This document shows, piece after piece, positions 35,695 to 44,396 of a stretch of DNA of 64,000 bases. Made by a program: the position numbers and the translations under genes. Under the pieces are notes generated by a model. It worked only from the letters and a program-made list of their open reading frames with translations. It searched no databases and was not told where the DNA came from. Each line of letters starts with the position of its first letter. Position 1 is the first letter of the stretch. Source of the stretch: Rhodocyclaceae bacterium (lineage in GTDB: Bacteria > Pseudomonadota > Gammaproteobacteria > Burkholderiales > Ga0077523); contig JADCHQ010000005.1 in the NCBI GenBank assembly GCA_020248405.1, positions 5,708 through 69,707 of the forward strand. Direction: 5' to 3'.

Positions 35695-36594
35695 TCAGGA
35701 CGGGTTCACGGGCAGGTCGAGCCGGGATACCGCCCGCGCCATGGCCTGCACCGCCGCACGCCGGGGAAAATCGGCACGAAAGGCCGCCACGACGCGCCGC
35801 ATAGGTGCCGGAGCCGCGAAATCCACTGCTCTCACCAGCGGGCTTGCGTGGCGCCCGGTGAGGGCCGTGGCGGGCAGCACCGACACCCCAAGCCCCGAGG
35901 CCACCATGTTGCGGATGGTCTCCAGCGAGTTGCCCTGCCTCCCCGGCGGCGCGGGGCGCGCAAACTCGCCGCAGGCTTCCATCACCTGCTCGCGGAAACA
36001 GTGGCCGATGGACAGCAGCAACAGGTTCTCGCCCGCCAGCTCTTCGGCTTTCACGGCGCGGCGCCTCGCCCATGGGTGCCTTGCCGGCACCACCACCCGG
36101 AAGACCTCGTCGTAGAGCGGCAGCACCTCAACGCCCGGGGCCTCGTAGGGCAACGCCAAGATGGCCACGTCCATCAGGCCGCCGCGCAGCATCTGGTCGA
36201 GGCTGGCGGTCATGTTCTCCTCGATCTCCAGCGGCATGGCGGGGGCCGCGCCTCTCAGCGCCAGCACCAGCCCGGGCAGCAGGTAAGGCGCGATGGTGTG
36301 GATAACCCCCAGCCGCAGCACCCCGCGCAGCGGATCGCGCCCGTGGCGCGCCACCTCCCGTACCCGTGCGGCCTCATCCAGCACCCGGCGCGCCTGGGCC
36401 ACCACCTGCTCGCCGGCCTCGGTGAGCAGCACCTCGCGGGGTCCGCGCTCGAACAGCCGAACACCCAGCTCGTCCTCCAGCTTCTTCACCGACGCCGACA
36501 GGCTGGGCTGGCTCACGAACACCCTCTCCGCGGCGCGGCGGAAGTTGCGCGTCTCGGCCACCGCCACCACGTACTTGAGTTCCTGCAGGGTCAT
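35695..36594 (-). CDS. oxyR: LysR-family hydrogen peroxide-inducible genes activator
   Basis: HTH region LKYVVAVAETRNFRRAAERVFVSQPSLSASVKKLE. The redox Cys context is LLLLSIGHCFREQVMEACGE...SLETIRNMVASG, as in OxyR. It is divergent from a peroxiredoxin gene. Confidence 0.85.
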   Translation of the reverse strand: MTLQELKYVVAVAETRNFRRAAERVFVSQPSLSASVKKLEDELGVRLFERGPREVLLTEAGEQVVAQARRVLDEAARVREVARHGRDPLRGVLRLGVIHTIAPYLLPGLVLALRGAAPAMPLEIEENMTASLDQMLRGGLMDVAILALPYEAPGVEVLPLYDEVFRVVVPARHPWARRRAVKAEELAGENLLLLSIGHCFREQVMEACGEFARPAPPGRQGNSLETIRNMVASGLGVSVLPATALTGRHASPLVRAVDFAAPAPMRRVVAAFRADFPRRAAVQAMARAVSRLDLPVNPS

Positions 36595-36612
36595 GGCGTC
36601 TCCCCAAGGGCC

Positions 36613-36649
36613 ATAGTCATCGCCTATCGCGGCGATGGTAACTCGGTAT
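36613..36649. promoter_or_regulatory. candidate OxyR binding site (ATAG-N7-CTAT-N7-ATGG-N7-GTAT)
   Basis: Read from the oxyR / prx-grx intergenic region. The first half matches ATAGnnnnnnnCTAT exactly. The second half has one mismatch in each tetramer. Confidence 0.5.
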
Positions 36650-36737
36650 TGGCGCGCGGCGGTTGTCCCGCGGCACAGTGCGCTCCGCGGCCGCGCTGGC
36701 GGCCACCCACATCCACCCCTATTAAGGAGCAGACGCC

Positions 36738-37493
36738 ATGACTCGAACCCCGAACCGCGAAGGAAGCCGCGTGCCTGCCGTGACTTTCCGTGTGCGCGAA
36801 AACAACGACTGGAAGAACGTCACCACCGATCACATCTTCAAGGGACGCACCGTGGTCGTGTTCTCGCTGCCGGGCGCGTTCACACCCACCTGCTCGTCCA
36901 CCCACCTGCCGCGCTACAACGAACTCGCGCCCGCCTTCAAGGCCAACGGCGTGGACGAGATCGTGTGCATTTCGGTGAACGACGCCTTCGTGATGGAGGA
37001 GTGGGCACGCGAGCAGGAATCCGCCAACGTGCGGCTGCTGCCCGATGGCAACGGCGAATTCACCGACGGCATGGGCCAGCTGGTGGACAAGTCCGACCTG
37101 GGCTTCGGCAAGCGCTCGTGGCGCTACTCCATGCTGGTGAAGGACGGCGTGGTGGTGAAGCAGTTCATCGAGCCCGACAAGGCCGGTGACCCCTTCGAGG
37201 TTTCCGACGCCGACACCATGCTTGCCCACATCAACCCCCAGGCGGCGAAGCCCGCCCGGGTGGCCCTGTTCACCCGCGAGGGCTGTGCGCACTGCGCCCG
37301 CGCCAAGGCGCTGCTGTCGGCGCACGGCTATGGGTACGCCGAAGTGCCCCTGCACCACACGGTGCGAAGCCAGGTGGTGGGCGCGGTCACCGGACAGGGC
37401 ACAGTGCCCCAGGTGTTCATCGACGGCGAGCACGTGGGCGGCGCGGACGCGCTGGAGGCGTGGCTGAAGGCGCGCTCGCGGAAGGCGGCCTGA
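36738..37493 (+). CDS. hybrid peroxiredoxin (Prx5-type) - glutaredoxin fusion
   Basis: AAGGAG Shine-Dalgarno site. Prx5 motif FSLPGAFTPTCS. The C-terminal Grx-like domain has CAHC and TVPQVFIDGEHVGG. Confidence 0.9.
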   Translation: MTRTPNREGSRVPAVTFRVRENNDWKNVTTDHIFKGRTVVVFSLPGAFTPTCSSTHLPRYNELAPAFKANGVDEIVCISVNDAFVMEEWAREQESANVRLLPDGNGEFTDGMGQLVDKSDLGFGKRSWRYSMLVKDGVVVKQFIEPDKAGDPFEVSDADTMLAHINPQAAKPARVALFTREGCAHCARAKALLSAHGYGYAEVPLHHTVRSQVVGAVTGQGTVPQVFIDGEHVGGADALEAWLKARSRKAA

Positions 37494-37502
37494 GGCCACC
37501 GG

Positions 37503-37551
37503 GGCGCGGACACGGAAAGCATCGCTGAAGAGCGCTCCCCGTGTCCGCGCC
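37503..37551 (+). terminator. 13-bp-stem hairpin downstream of the prx-grx gene
   Basis: GGCGCGGACACGG (37503-37515) pairs with CCGTGTCCGCGCC (37539-37551). A weak T-containing tail (GCCGTCTTGG) follows. Confidence 0.4.
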
Positions 37552-37624
37552 GCCGTCTTGGAATATTGGCCGCGTACATCCATCGCCCAGTAACCACCGG
37601 CGCGGACCGCACACCCAGGGAACC

Positions 37625-38120
37625 ATGTTCTGTCCCAGCCTTTTCCAGTGCCTGCACGAGTGCGGCGTGCGCTGCCTGGTGGTGGGCGGGCTGGCGGTGA
37701 ACCTGCACGGCATACCGCGCATGACCATGGATGTGGACCTCGTTATGGCCATGGATCCGGCCAACATGGACGGCTTCATCCAGTGCGCGCGGCGCCTGCA
37801 ACTCGAACCCGCCGTGCCAGTGGCCCTGGAGGCGCTTGTGGATCCCGCCCGGCGGGCGCAATGGGTGCGTGAAAAACCCATGATCGCCTTCCCCCTGCGC
37901 GCACCCGAAGCTTCGTCGCCAACGGTGGACGTGCTTCTCGATCATGGACTCGACTTCGGCGCTGCTCATTCCCGGGCCACCCGCAGCAGCGCGGGGGGGC
38001 ATACCCGTCACCGTCGCTTCCATCGAGGAGCTGCTTGCCATGAAATCAGCGAGCGGCCGGTGTCAGGACGAAGCGGACGCGCAACATCTGCGCCGCATCC
38101 TCCAAAGGGGTACGCCTTGA
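37625..38120 (+). pseudogene. minimal nucleotidyltransferase-fold protein, interrupted by a +1 frameshift in a G7 run
   Basis: The N-terminal part CLVVGGLAVNLHGIPRMTMDVDLVMA shows the GG...HG...D.D nucleotidyltransferase signature. After GGGGGGG (37993-37999) the sense continues in the +1 frame as GIPVTVASIEELLAMKSASGRCQDEADAQHLRRILQRGTP*. The span is 496 nt, which is 3n+1. Confidence 0.65.
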
Positions 38121-38317
38121 ACCGGTCCGGCCGCATCCGCGCCGAGGGCGGCTTCGACTACTGGGTCAGCGACGCGCAACTGGACGCCTATGTGCGCCTG
38201 ACACCCCTGCAGAGGCTTGAGTGGCTGGAGTAGGCACGCTGCTTCGTGGTCGCGTGCCTCACCCCCGAGGCGCGCGAGCGGCAGGAGCGGCTGCGCCGCG
38301 GCGAACCCGTGGCCTAA
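38117..38317 (+). pseudogene. small partner ORF of the nucleotidyltransferase, with an in-frame TAG
   Basis: The TTG start overlaps the upstream TGA (cTTGAa). It reads NRSGRIRAEGGFDYWVSDAQLDAYVRLTPLQRLEWLE-TAG-ARCFVVACLTPEARERQERLRRGEPVA-TAA. Third positions after the TAG (38231-38233) are 25/27 G/C, so the frame still looks coding. Confidence 0.4.
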
Positions 38318-38497
38318 CCCGCTGCAGCGGCGAACCCGCGGCGGCGCCACCCGGGTGCCAACCGGGCATTGCCCGCGCGCAACGCCCATGGGTTTGGCCG
38401 GGCGGCAAATCCAGCCCGCGGAACCGGTACGCTTGCGTCACTGACCAACACCCCGACCATCGCCACCCCGGCGTCACCTTTCCTCGAAGACCCCACC

Positions 38498-41143
38498 ATG
38501 CGCGACCCCGCTCCCCAGGCCATTCGCCTCTCCGACTACACCCCGCCCGCCTTCCTGGCGGACACCGTGGACCTGCACGTAAACATCCGCGATAACCACG
38601 TGTGCCTGCGCGCCCGGCTGGCCCTGCGGCGCAACCCGGCCGCCCCGGACGCACGCGCCCCGCTGGTGCTGGACGGCGACGAATTGCAGCACGAGTCGGT
38701 GGCCTTGAACGGCCGCGTGCTGGGCCCCGACGCCCACACCGTGACCGCCACCTCCCTCACCATTGCCGGCGTGCCGGATCGCTTCGAACTGGAAACATTG
38801 GTGCGCCTGGACCCGTTCCACAACACCAAGCTGATGGGCCTGTTCCAGTCCAAGGACGGGCTGTTCACCCAGTGCGAATCGGAGGGCTTTCGCCGCATCA
38901 CCTGGTTTCCCGACCGGCCCGACGTGATGGCGCGCTACACCGTGAGCCTGCACGCGGACAAGGCGCGCTATCCGCGCCTGCTGGCCAACGGCAATCTGGT
39001 GGCCCATGGCGAGGAACCGGGCGGGCGCCACTGGGCGCGCTGGGAAGACCCCTTTCCCAAGCCCAGTTACCTGTTCGCCATGGTGGCCGCACGCCTGGAC
39101 GTGCTGGAGGACCGCTTCACCACGGCCTCGGGCCGCGACGCGTTGCTGCAGGTGTACGTGGAACCGGGCAAGCTCGACCAGGCCGGCTTCGCCATGGACA
39201 GCCTGAAGCGCGCCCTGCGCTGGGATGAGCGGGTGTTCGGCCTGGAGCTCGATCTGGACCGCTTCATGATCGTGGCGGTGGGCGACTTCAACATGGGCGC
39301 CATGGAGAACAAGGGCCTCAACATCTTCAATACCAAATACGTGCTGGCCCGCGCCGATACCGCCACCGACACCGACTTTCTCAACATCGACCGGGTGGTG
39401 GCCCACGAGTACTTCCACAACTGGACCGGAAACCGCGTCACCTGCCGCGACTGGTTCCAGCTCTCGCTCAAGGAAGGCCTCACCGTGTTCCGCGACCAGG
39501 AGTATGGCGCCGACACCTACTCGCGGCCGGTACAGCGCATCCAGGAGGTGCGCAATCTGCGCGCCCTGCAGTTCCCCGAGGACGCCGGCCCCATGGCCCA
39601 CCCGGTGCGCCCTCAGTCCTACCTGGAGATCGGCAACTTCTACACCATGACCGTGTACGAGAAGGGCGCCGAGGTGGTGCGCATGATCCACACCCTCATC
39701 GGCGCGCAGGGCTTCCGCAAGGGCATGGATCTGTATTTCGCCCGCCACGACGGGCAGGCGGTGACCTGTGACGATTTCGTCCAGGCCATGGAGGATGCCT
39801 CGGGCGCGGACCTTTCCCATTTTCGCCGCTGGTACGACCAGTCGGGCACGCCGCGCCTGCGGGCGCGCGCCGAGCACGACGCGGCAACGGGCCGATACAC
39901 GCTGCACGTGCGGCAGGAAACCGCGCCTACCGCCGACCAGCCCGAAAAACAGCCGCTGCACATTCCACTGGCGGTGGGCCTGGTGGGCGCGGATGGCCGC
40001 GACCTGCCGCTGCAACTGGACGGCGAAGCCGCGCCCCAGGGGTCGACCCGGGTGCTGTCGCTGACCCGGGCCGAGCACAGCTTCACGTTCACGAACGTGC
40101 GCGAGGCGCCCGTGCCGTCGCTGCTGCGCAACTTCTCCGCACCCGTGGTGCTGGAGTTCGATTACGACGCGCGGGCGCTCACCCACCTGATGGCCCACGA
40201 CACCGACCCCTTCAACCGCTGGGAGGCGGGCCAGCGGCTGGCCGCCGCCCTCATCCTCGACGGGGTGGCGGCGCGCCAGGCGGGCAAGGCCTTCGCCGTG
40301 CCCGGCGCCTTCACCGAGGCCTTCGGGCGCGTGCTGGCCGGCGCTGGCGCCGATCCGGCCTTCGCCGCCGAGGCGCTGGCGCTGCCCTCCGAAACCTTCC
40401 TTGCCGAGCAAATGGCGGTGGTGGACCCCGAGGGCATCCACGCCGTGCGGGTACAGGTGCGCCAGCACCTGGCGGCGAGCCTCCGAGATGCACTTCTGTC
40501 CGCCTGGCGCACCCATGCCTCCATGGGCGGCTACAGCCCGGACGCCGGCTCCGCGGGCCGGCGCGCGCTGCGCAACCTGTGCCTGGGCTACCTCATGGAA
40601 CTGGACGACGATGAAATCCGCGCTCTATGCGTGGGCCAGTTCGACGGCGCCGACAACATGACCGACGGCATGGCCGCCCTCACCGCGCTGGCGAACACCC
40701 GCTGCCCGGAGCGGCTGCCCGCGCTGGAGCGCTTTCATGCCCGCTGGAAGCACGAGGCGCTGGTGCTGGACAAGTGGTTCGCCGTGCAGGCCACATCGCG
40801 CCTGCCGGACACTCTGGAGGAGGTGAAGCGGCTGGTGAAACACGCCGACTTCGATATCCGCAACCCGAACCGCGCACGCGCCGTGATCGGCAGTTTCGCC
40901 ATGGGCAACCCGGTGCGTTTCCACGCCGCCGACGGCACGGGCTACGACTTCGTGGCCGAGCAGGTCGCGCAACTGGACACCCTCAACCCCCAGGTGGCGG
41001 CGCGCATGGCGCGCGCCTTCGACCGTTGGCGCAAGTTCGATGCGGGGCGCCAGGGCCAAGCGAAGGCCGCGCTGGAGCGGCTGCGGGGTCAGGCCGGCCT
41101 GTCGAAGGATCTGCTCGAGGTGGTGAGCAAGGCGCTGGCCTGA
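38498..41143 (+). CDS. pepN: aminopeptidase N
   Basis: 881 aa from the ATG at 38498. It has the GAMEN motif (NMGAMENKGLNIFN) and the zinc site VAHEYFHNWTGNRV...LSLKEG. Confidence 0.95.
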   Translation: MRDPAPQAIRLSDYTPPAFLADTVDLHVNIRDNHVCLRARLALRRNPAAPDARAPLVLDGDELQHESVALNGRVLGPDAHTVTATSLTIAGVPDRFELETLVRLDPFHNTKLMGLFQSKDGLFTQCESEGFRRITWFPDRPDVMARYTVSLHADKARYPRLLANGNLVAHGEEPGGRHWARWEDPFPKPSYLFAMVAARLDVLEDRFTTASGRDALLQVYVEPGKLDQAGFAMDSLKRALRWDERVFGLELDLDRFMIVAVGDFNMGAMENKGLNIFNTKYVLARADTATDTDFLNIDRVVAHEYFHNWTGNRVTCRDWFQLSLKEGLTVFRDQEYGADTYSRPVQRIQEVRNLRALQFPEDAGPMAHPVRPQSYLEIGNFYTMTVYEKGAEVVRMIHTLIGAQGFRKGMDLYFARHDGQAVTCDDFVQAMEDASGADLSHFRRWYDQSGTPRLRARAEHDAATGRYTLHVRQETAPTADQPEKQPLHIPLAVGLVGADGRDLPLQLDGEAAPQGSTRVLSLTRAEHSFTFTNVREAPVPSLLRNFSAPVVLEFDYDARALTHLMAHDTDPFNRWEAGQRLAAALILDGVAARQAGKAFAVPGAFTEAFGRVLAGAGADPAFAAEALALPSETFLAEQMAVVDPEGIHAVRVQVRQHLAASLRDALLSAWRTHASMGGYSPDAGSAGRRALRNLCLGYLMELDDDEIRALCVGQFDGADNMTDGMAALTALANTRCPERLPALERFHARWKHEALVLDKWFAVQATSRLPDTLEEVKRLVKHADFDIRNPNRARAVIGSFAMGNPVRFHAADGTGYDFVAEQVAQLDTLNPQVAARMARAFDRWRKFDAGRQGQAKAALERLRGQAGLSKDLLEVVSKALA

Positions 41144-41173
41144 AGCCCAACCGTGCGGGGCTCGGGCCCGCGC

Positions 41174-41581
41174 TCAGCCGCTGCGGGCCTTGCGGTTCAC
41201 CTTCTCCACGAAGCGAGCCACCTCGATGATGGCGCGCTCATGCACACCCTCGCCGATGCGCTCGCTGCCATCGTCGGCCCACACCTCGAAGGTAAGCAGG
41301 CGGCCATCCACCTTCACCAGCCGGGCGTGCGCGGTGACGGTGAAACCGGGCGGCGTGGCCGCCAGGTGGCGGATGTCCACACGCACGCCCACGGTGCTGC
41401 GGCCCTCGCCCACCAGCGGCTCCACCGACTTGCCCGCGGCGGTTTCCATGAGGGCGATCATCATGGGCGTGGAGAATACCGCCACGAAGCCGCTGCCCAG
41501 GTCGGAGGCGAGATTGCCGGGGCCGGCAACGAGGGTGGCGCTGCCCTCGACGCCGGGTTGCAGAGGGGGGGTGTCCGCCAT
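41174..41581 (-). CDS. hotdog-fold thioesterase family protein (fluoroacetyl-CoA thioesterase-like)
   Basis: 135 aa. The pattern GSGFVAVFSTPMMIALMETAA...VGVRVDIRHLAATPPG...VTAHARL matches this thioesterase subfamily as I recall it. Confidence 0.8.
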   Translation of the reverse strand: MADTPPLQPGVEGSATLVAGPGNLASDLGSGFVAVFSTPMMIALMETAAGKSVEPLVGEGRSTVGVRVDIRHLAATPPGFTVTAHARLVKVDGRLLTFEVWADDGSERIGEGVHERAIIEVARFVEKVNRKARSG

Positions 41582-41706
41582 GGCGGGGTCTCCTGGTGTG
41601 GTTGGCGGACACGCTGCCCGCCCTGGAACCGTAGCTTAACGGGCCGAGGGGCGGGTTTCTGCGGGGCAACGCCGGCCTTCGCCAGGGGCGCGGAAATTCC
41701 TGGCAG

Positions 41707-42174
41707 CTAGCGCCCCGTCGGGCGAAACACCCACTGCCCGTAACTGGTGGTGCCCTCGAAGACGCGCGGTTCAGGCCACAGGCCGTCGGCCGGCAGCGGC
41801 TTGGCGTTGGAACTGGAATGCACGCCCGCGATGCGGCCCTGGGCATCGCGCACGAACTCCCAGTTGAACGTGCCCGTCATGGGATCCAGGGGAATGCGGC
41901 GCAGGTGGCGCTGCAGGGGCTCGGCGCGGTCGTCCTGCAGCAATTCTTCAACGCGCGACGGCGCCGGGATCTGACCGGCGGGGGTGGCAGCCGCGTAGCG
42001 CTCCAGCGCTTTCTTGAACTGGCGACCACCCCACAGCAGGTCGCGCTCGCGTTCACGCTGGGAGCGGTCCTCCCACAGCTTGCCCATGGCTGCCAGCAGT
42101 GCCGCCATCGCCACGGCGAACAGCAGCGCCGCGAACAGGGCCGCGCCGCGCTCGCGCCGCGGGCTGGTCACCAT
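41707..42174 (-). CDS. pilin-like/pseudopilin-like protein without canonical Glu+5
   Basis: The N-terminal MVTSPRRERGAALFAALLFAVAMAALLAAMG resembles a prepilin leader plus hydrophobic helix. Its ATG at 42174 overlaps the stop of the upstream GspG-like gene by 7 nt. Confidence 0.55.
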   Translation of the reverse strand: MVTSPRRERGAALFAALLFAVAMAALLAAMGKLWEDRSQRERERDLLWGGRQFKKALERYAAATPAGQIPAPSRVEELLQDDRAEPLQRHLRRIPLDPMTGTFNWEFVRDAQGRIAGVHSSSNAKPLPADGLWPEPRVFEGTTSYGQWVFRPTGR

Positions 42175-42653
42175 TGCCCGTAGGGCACGCCGTTGCTGCC
42201 CGTGCCCGGGGACCGCGAATACACGTCGAACACGTCGGCGCCGGGGGCTGGCGCGTCGGGCGGCGAGGCGTAGCTGCGCAGCCCCCACGAGGCGGCAGCG
42301 CCGGCGTCGCGATCAGGAGTGAACGGGTCACGCGGCAACTGCCGCAGAAAGTAGATGCGCCGGCCCTGGGGGTCGAGCGCGTCGGGCACACCCTGGGCCA
42401 GCAACTCCAAGGAGGGCGGATAGCGCGACTGGCCTGGCAGGCGTAGCACGCGGCCTTCATCCACGGCGTCGCGATAATCGTCGATGGCCTGGCGGATCTG
42501 GCGCAGCGCCGCGCGTAGCTCCACTTCTTTTTCGCGCTTCGCGGCAGCCACGATGAGCGGCGCGGCCAGGGCGGCCACCAGCGCAATCAGCGCCAGTGCA
42601 ACCACCACCTCCAGCAGCGTGAAGCCGGCCCGCGCCGGGGAGCGGCGGGCCAT
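42168..42653 (-). CDS. prepilin-type N-terminal cleavage/methylation domain protein (GspG-like pseudopilin)
   Basis: Leader MARRSPARAG followed by FTLLEVVVALALIALVAALAAPL (Gly-1, Phe+1, Glu+5). Then LRQIRQAIDDYRD, as in GspG-type pseudopilins. An alternative GTG start lies at 42674. Confidence 0.7.
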   Translation of the reverse strand: MARRSPARAGFTLLEVVVALALIALVAALAAPLIVAAAKREKEVELRAALRQIRQAIDDYRDAVDEGRVLRLPGQSRYPPSLELLAQGVPDALDPQGRRIYFLRQLPRDPFTPDRDAGAAASWGLRSYASPPDAPAPGADVFDVYSRSPGTGSNGVPYGQW

Positions 42654-42686
42654 GGGCGCCAGGACACGCCTCACGCGGGCCGCTCC

Positions 42687-44396
42687 TCAGGCACCGGCCG
42701 GCCGCGCGCGGCGACGGCTTGCCAGGCGCTGCCAGATCCAGCCGCCGGGCACGTCCTCGCCGGTGAGCACATAGCGCAGCGCATTGGCGTCGTGCACCAG
42801 GAACTGCTGTTTGCGCCGGCCGCGCCCGCGGCCGCAGAACAATACCCGGTCTCCGATTCGCAGCCGGTCGGCGTCGAGCGGTAACAGCAGCAGGTCGCCG
42901 TTTCGCTCGATGGCCAGCGCCACCACGGGCAGGAGTTCGGCGCGGTCCCGCGGATCGCGGCCCAGGTCGCCCACCGAGACGGCGCCCCGCCCGGCGGCCT
43001 CGTGCAGCGCCGGGCAGGCGCGCGGCTCCACCGCGAAGGTCCAGGTCTCGGGCGCGTGCTCCCCCAGGATTCCCACCAGCCGCGCGATCACCTCGTTGGC
43101 CCAGTCGTTGTCGCGCTGGCGCACCTCTGCCAGGAAACGCGCCAACAGCGGCTCGGTGAGCAGCGCCATGGCCTCGTGTACCACCACCGCGGCGGGCTGC
43201 ATCACCATTTGCGCACCCACGGCATCGGTGAGCACGGCGTTGCTGCGCTGGTTGCGACGCAGGATCACGAACAACTCGGGGTTGAGTTCGCGGGCGGTCA
43301 TCACCACCGCTAGGTTGCTCACGTCGCTGGAGGTGCCAGCCACCAGCCCGGCGGCACCGCGGATGCCAGCCTTTTCCAGCACCGCAGCCTCGGTGCCGCT
43401 GCCGAGGATGCCCGAGGCCACGCCTTGCACAGCGGCTGGATCGGCGTCGATCATGGTGCAGTGAATGCCTTCGCGATCGAGGCAATGGGCGATCTCTCGC
43501 CCAAAGCGGCCGAAACCGCACAGCACCCACTGGCCAAGAGGCGGAAAACGCGGCTCGGGCAGCAGTTCGTCGGGGGTGGCGGTGAGCCACTCGCGCAGCA
43601 GGTACAGGCCCGAGGCGCGCATGGCGATGCCCAGGTGACGGGCAAAGGACTCGTAGGGATTGACGATGTGATCGGTGCCGAAAGAGGCCATGTTGGCGGC
43701 CACATCGCGCGACTCGCAGCGGCACAGCACTTCGAGTTCGGGGCGCAGCAGCTTGGTGCCCACCGCCACGGCCAGGTTGGCGCGGTCGTCGTTGGTGAGC
43801 GCCACGACCCCCAGGCAGTGGGGGCTGCGCAGGCCGGCCACGATGAGCGACTCGCCGGCGCGCACGTCCGCCGCCAGGGCCGGCGTATCGACGCTCAACC
43901 CGGCCATATCGGCCTCGGCCACGCGCTCGGGGTTGAGGTCCAGCACCACGCAGCGGATACCGCGCCGGTCCAGGGCTGCCACCAGCGCGCTGCCGGTCTC
44001 GCCATAGCCGCAGACGATATAGAAGGGCTCGCGCATCCGGCGCACTTTGCGCTGCAATCGCGCCCGCGCCAGCACCTGCCGGAAGGCCGGTTCCTGGGTG
44101 AGGGCGATGATCTTGCCCAGGGCGTAGAACCACGCCACCACCGTGAGGTAGATGGTGAACGTCACCCACAGACGCTGGGTGTCGGTGAAGGCGTGGGGCA
44201 CCTCGCCAAAACCGATGGTGGTGGCGGTGTAGCTGACGAAATAAAACGCGTGGAAGAAGCCCATCTGCCAGGGCAATCCCTGGCCGTCGCGGCCTGGGAT
44301 GAGCACCAAGCCCAGGATGCTGATGGCGTAGCTGGCGATCAGCACCAGCAGCGGCGCGCGCATGCGCCGCAGGGCGAGAAACAGGGCGCCGTTCAT
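42687..44396 (-). CDS. potassium channel protein with two RCK/TrkA-N-type domains
   Basis: Two TM helices flank the pore helix and the filter YTATTIGFGEVP. Two Rossmann-like repeats follow (FYIVCGYGETGSAL, WVLCGFGRFGREIA). Its ATG overlaps the upstream stop (ATGA at 44393-44396). Confidence 0.85.
   Translation of the reverse strand: MNGALFLALRRMRAPLLVLIASYAISILGLVLIPGRDGQGLPWQMGFFHAFYFVSYTATTIGFGEVPHAFTDTQRLWVTFTIYLTVVAWFYALGKIIALTQEPAFRQVLARARLQRKVRRMREPFYIVCGYGETGSALVAALDRRGIRCVVLDLNPERVAEADMAGLSVDTPALAADVRAGESLIVAGLRSPHCLGVVALTNDDRANLAVAVGTKLLRPELEVLCRCESRDVAANMASFGTDHIVNPYESFARHLGIAMRASGLYLLREWLTATPDELLPEPRFPPLGQWVLCGFGRFGREIAHCLDREGIHCTMIDADPAAVQGVASGILGSGTEAAVLEKAGIRGAAGLVAGTSSDVSNLAVVMTARELNPELFVILRRNQRSNAVLTDAVGAQMVMQPAAVVVHEAMALLTEPLLARFLAEVRQRDNDWANEVIARLVGILGEHAPETWTFAVEPRACPALHEAAGRGAVSVGDLGRDPRDRAELLPVVALAIERNGDLLLLPLDADRLRIGDRVLFCGRGRGRRKQQFLVHDANALRYVLTGEDVPGGWIWQRLASRRRARPAGA

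Noticed and set aside
33710-36741. Long ORFs 33710..36073 (minus, 787 aa) and 34030..36741 (plus, 903 aa)
   Set aside because: They are antisense or out of frame to the AsmA-like gene and oxyR, which have clear family signatures. Their translations are low-complexity R/G/A/P strings.
41150-41190. Inverted repeat GGCCCGC...GCGGGCC between pepN and the thioesterase gene as a terminator
   Set aside because: It is a 7-bp stem with an 11-nt loop and no U-tract, and it partly overlaps the thioesterase stop codon. That is too weak to call.
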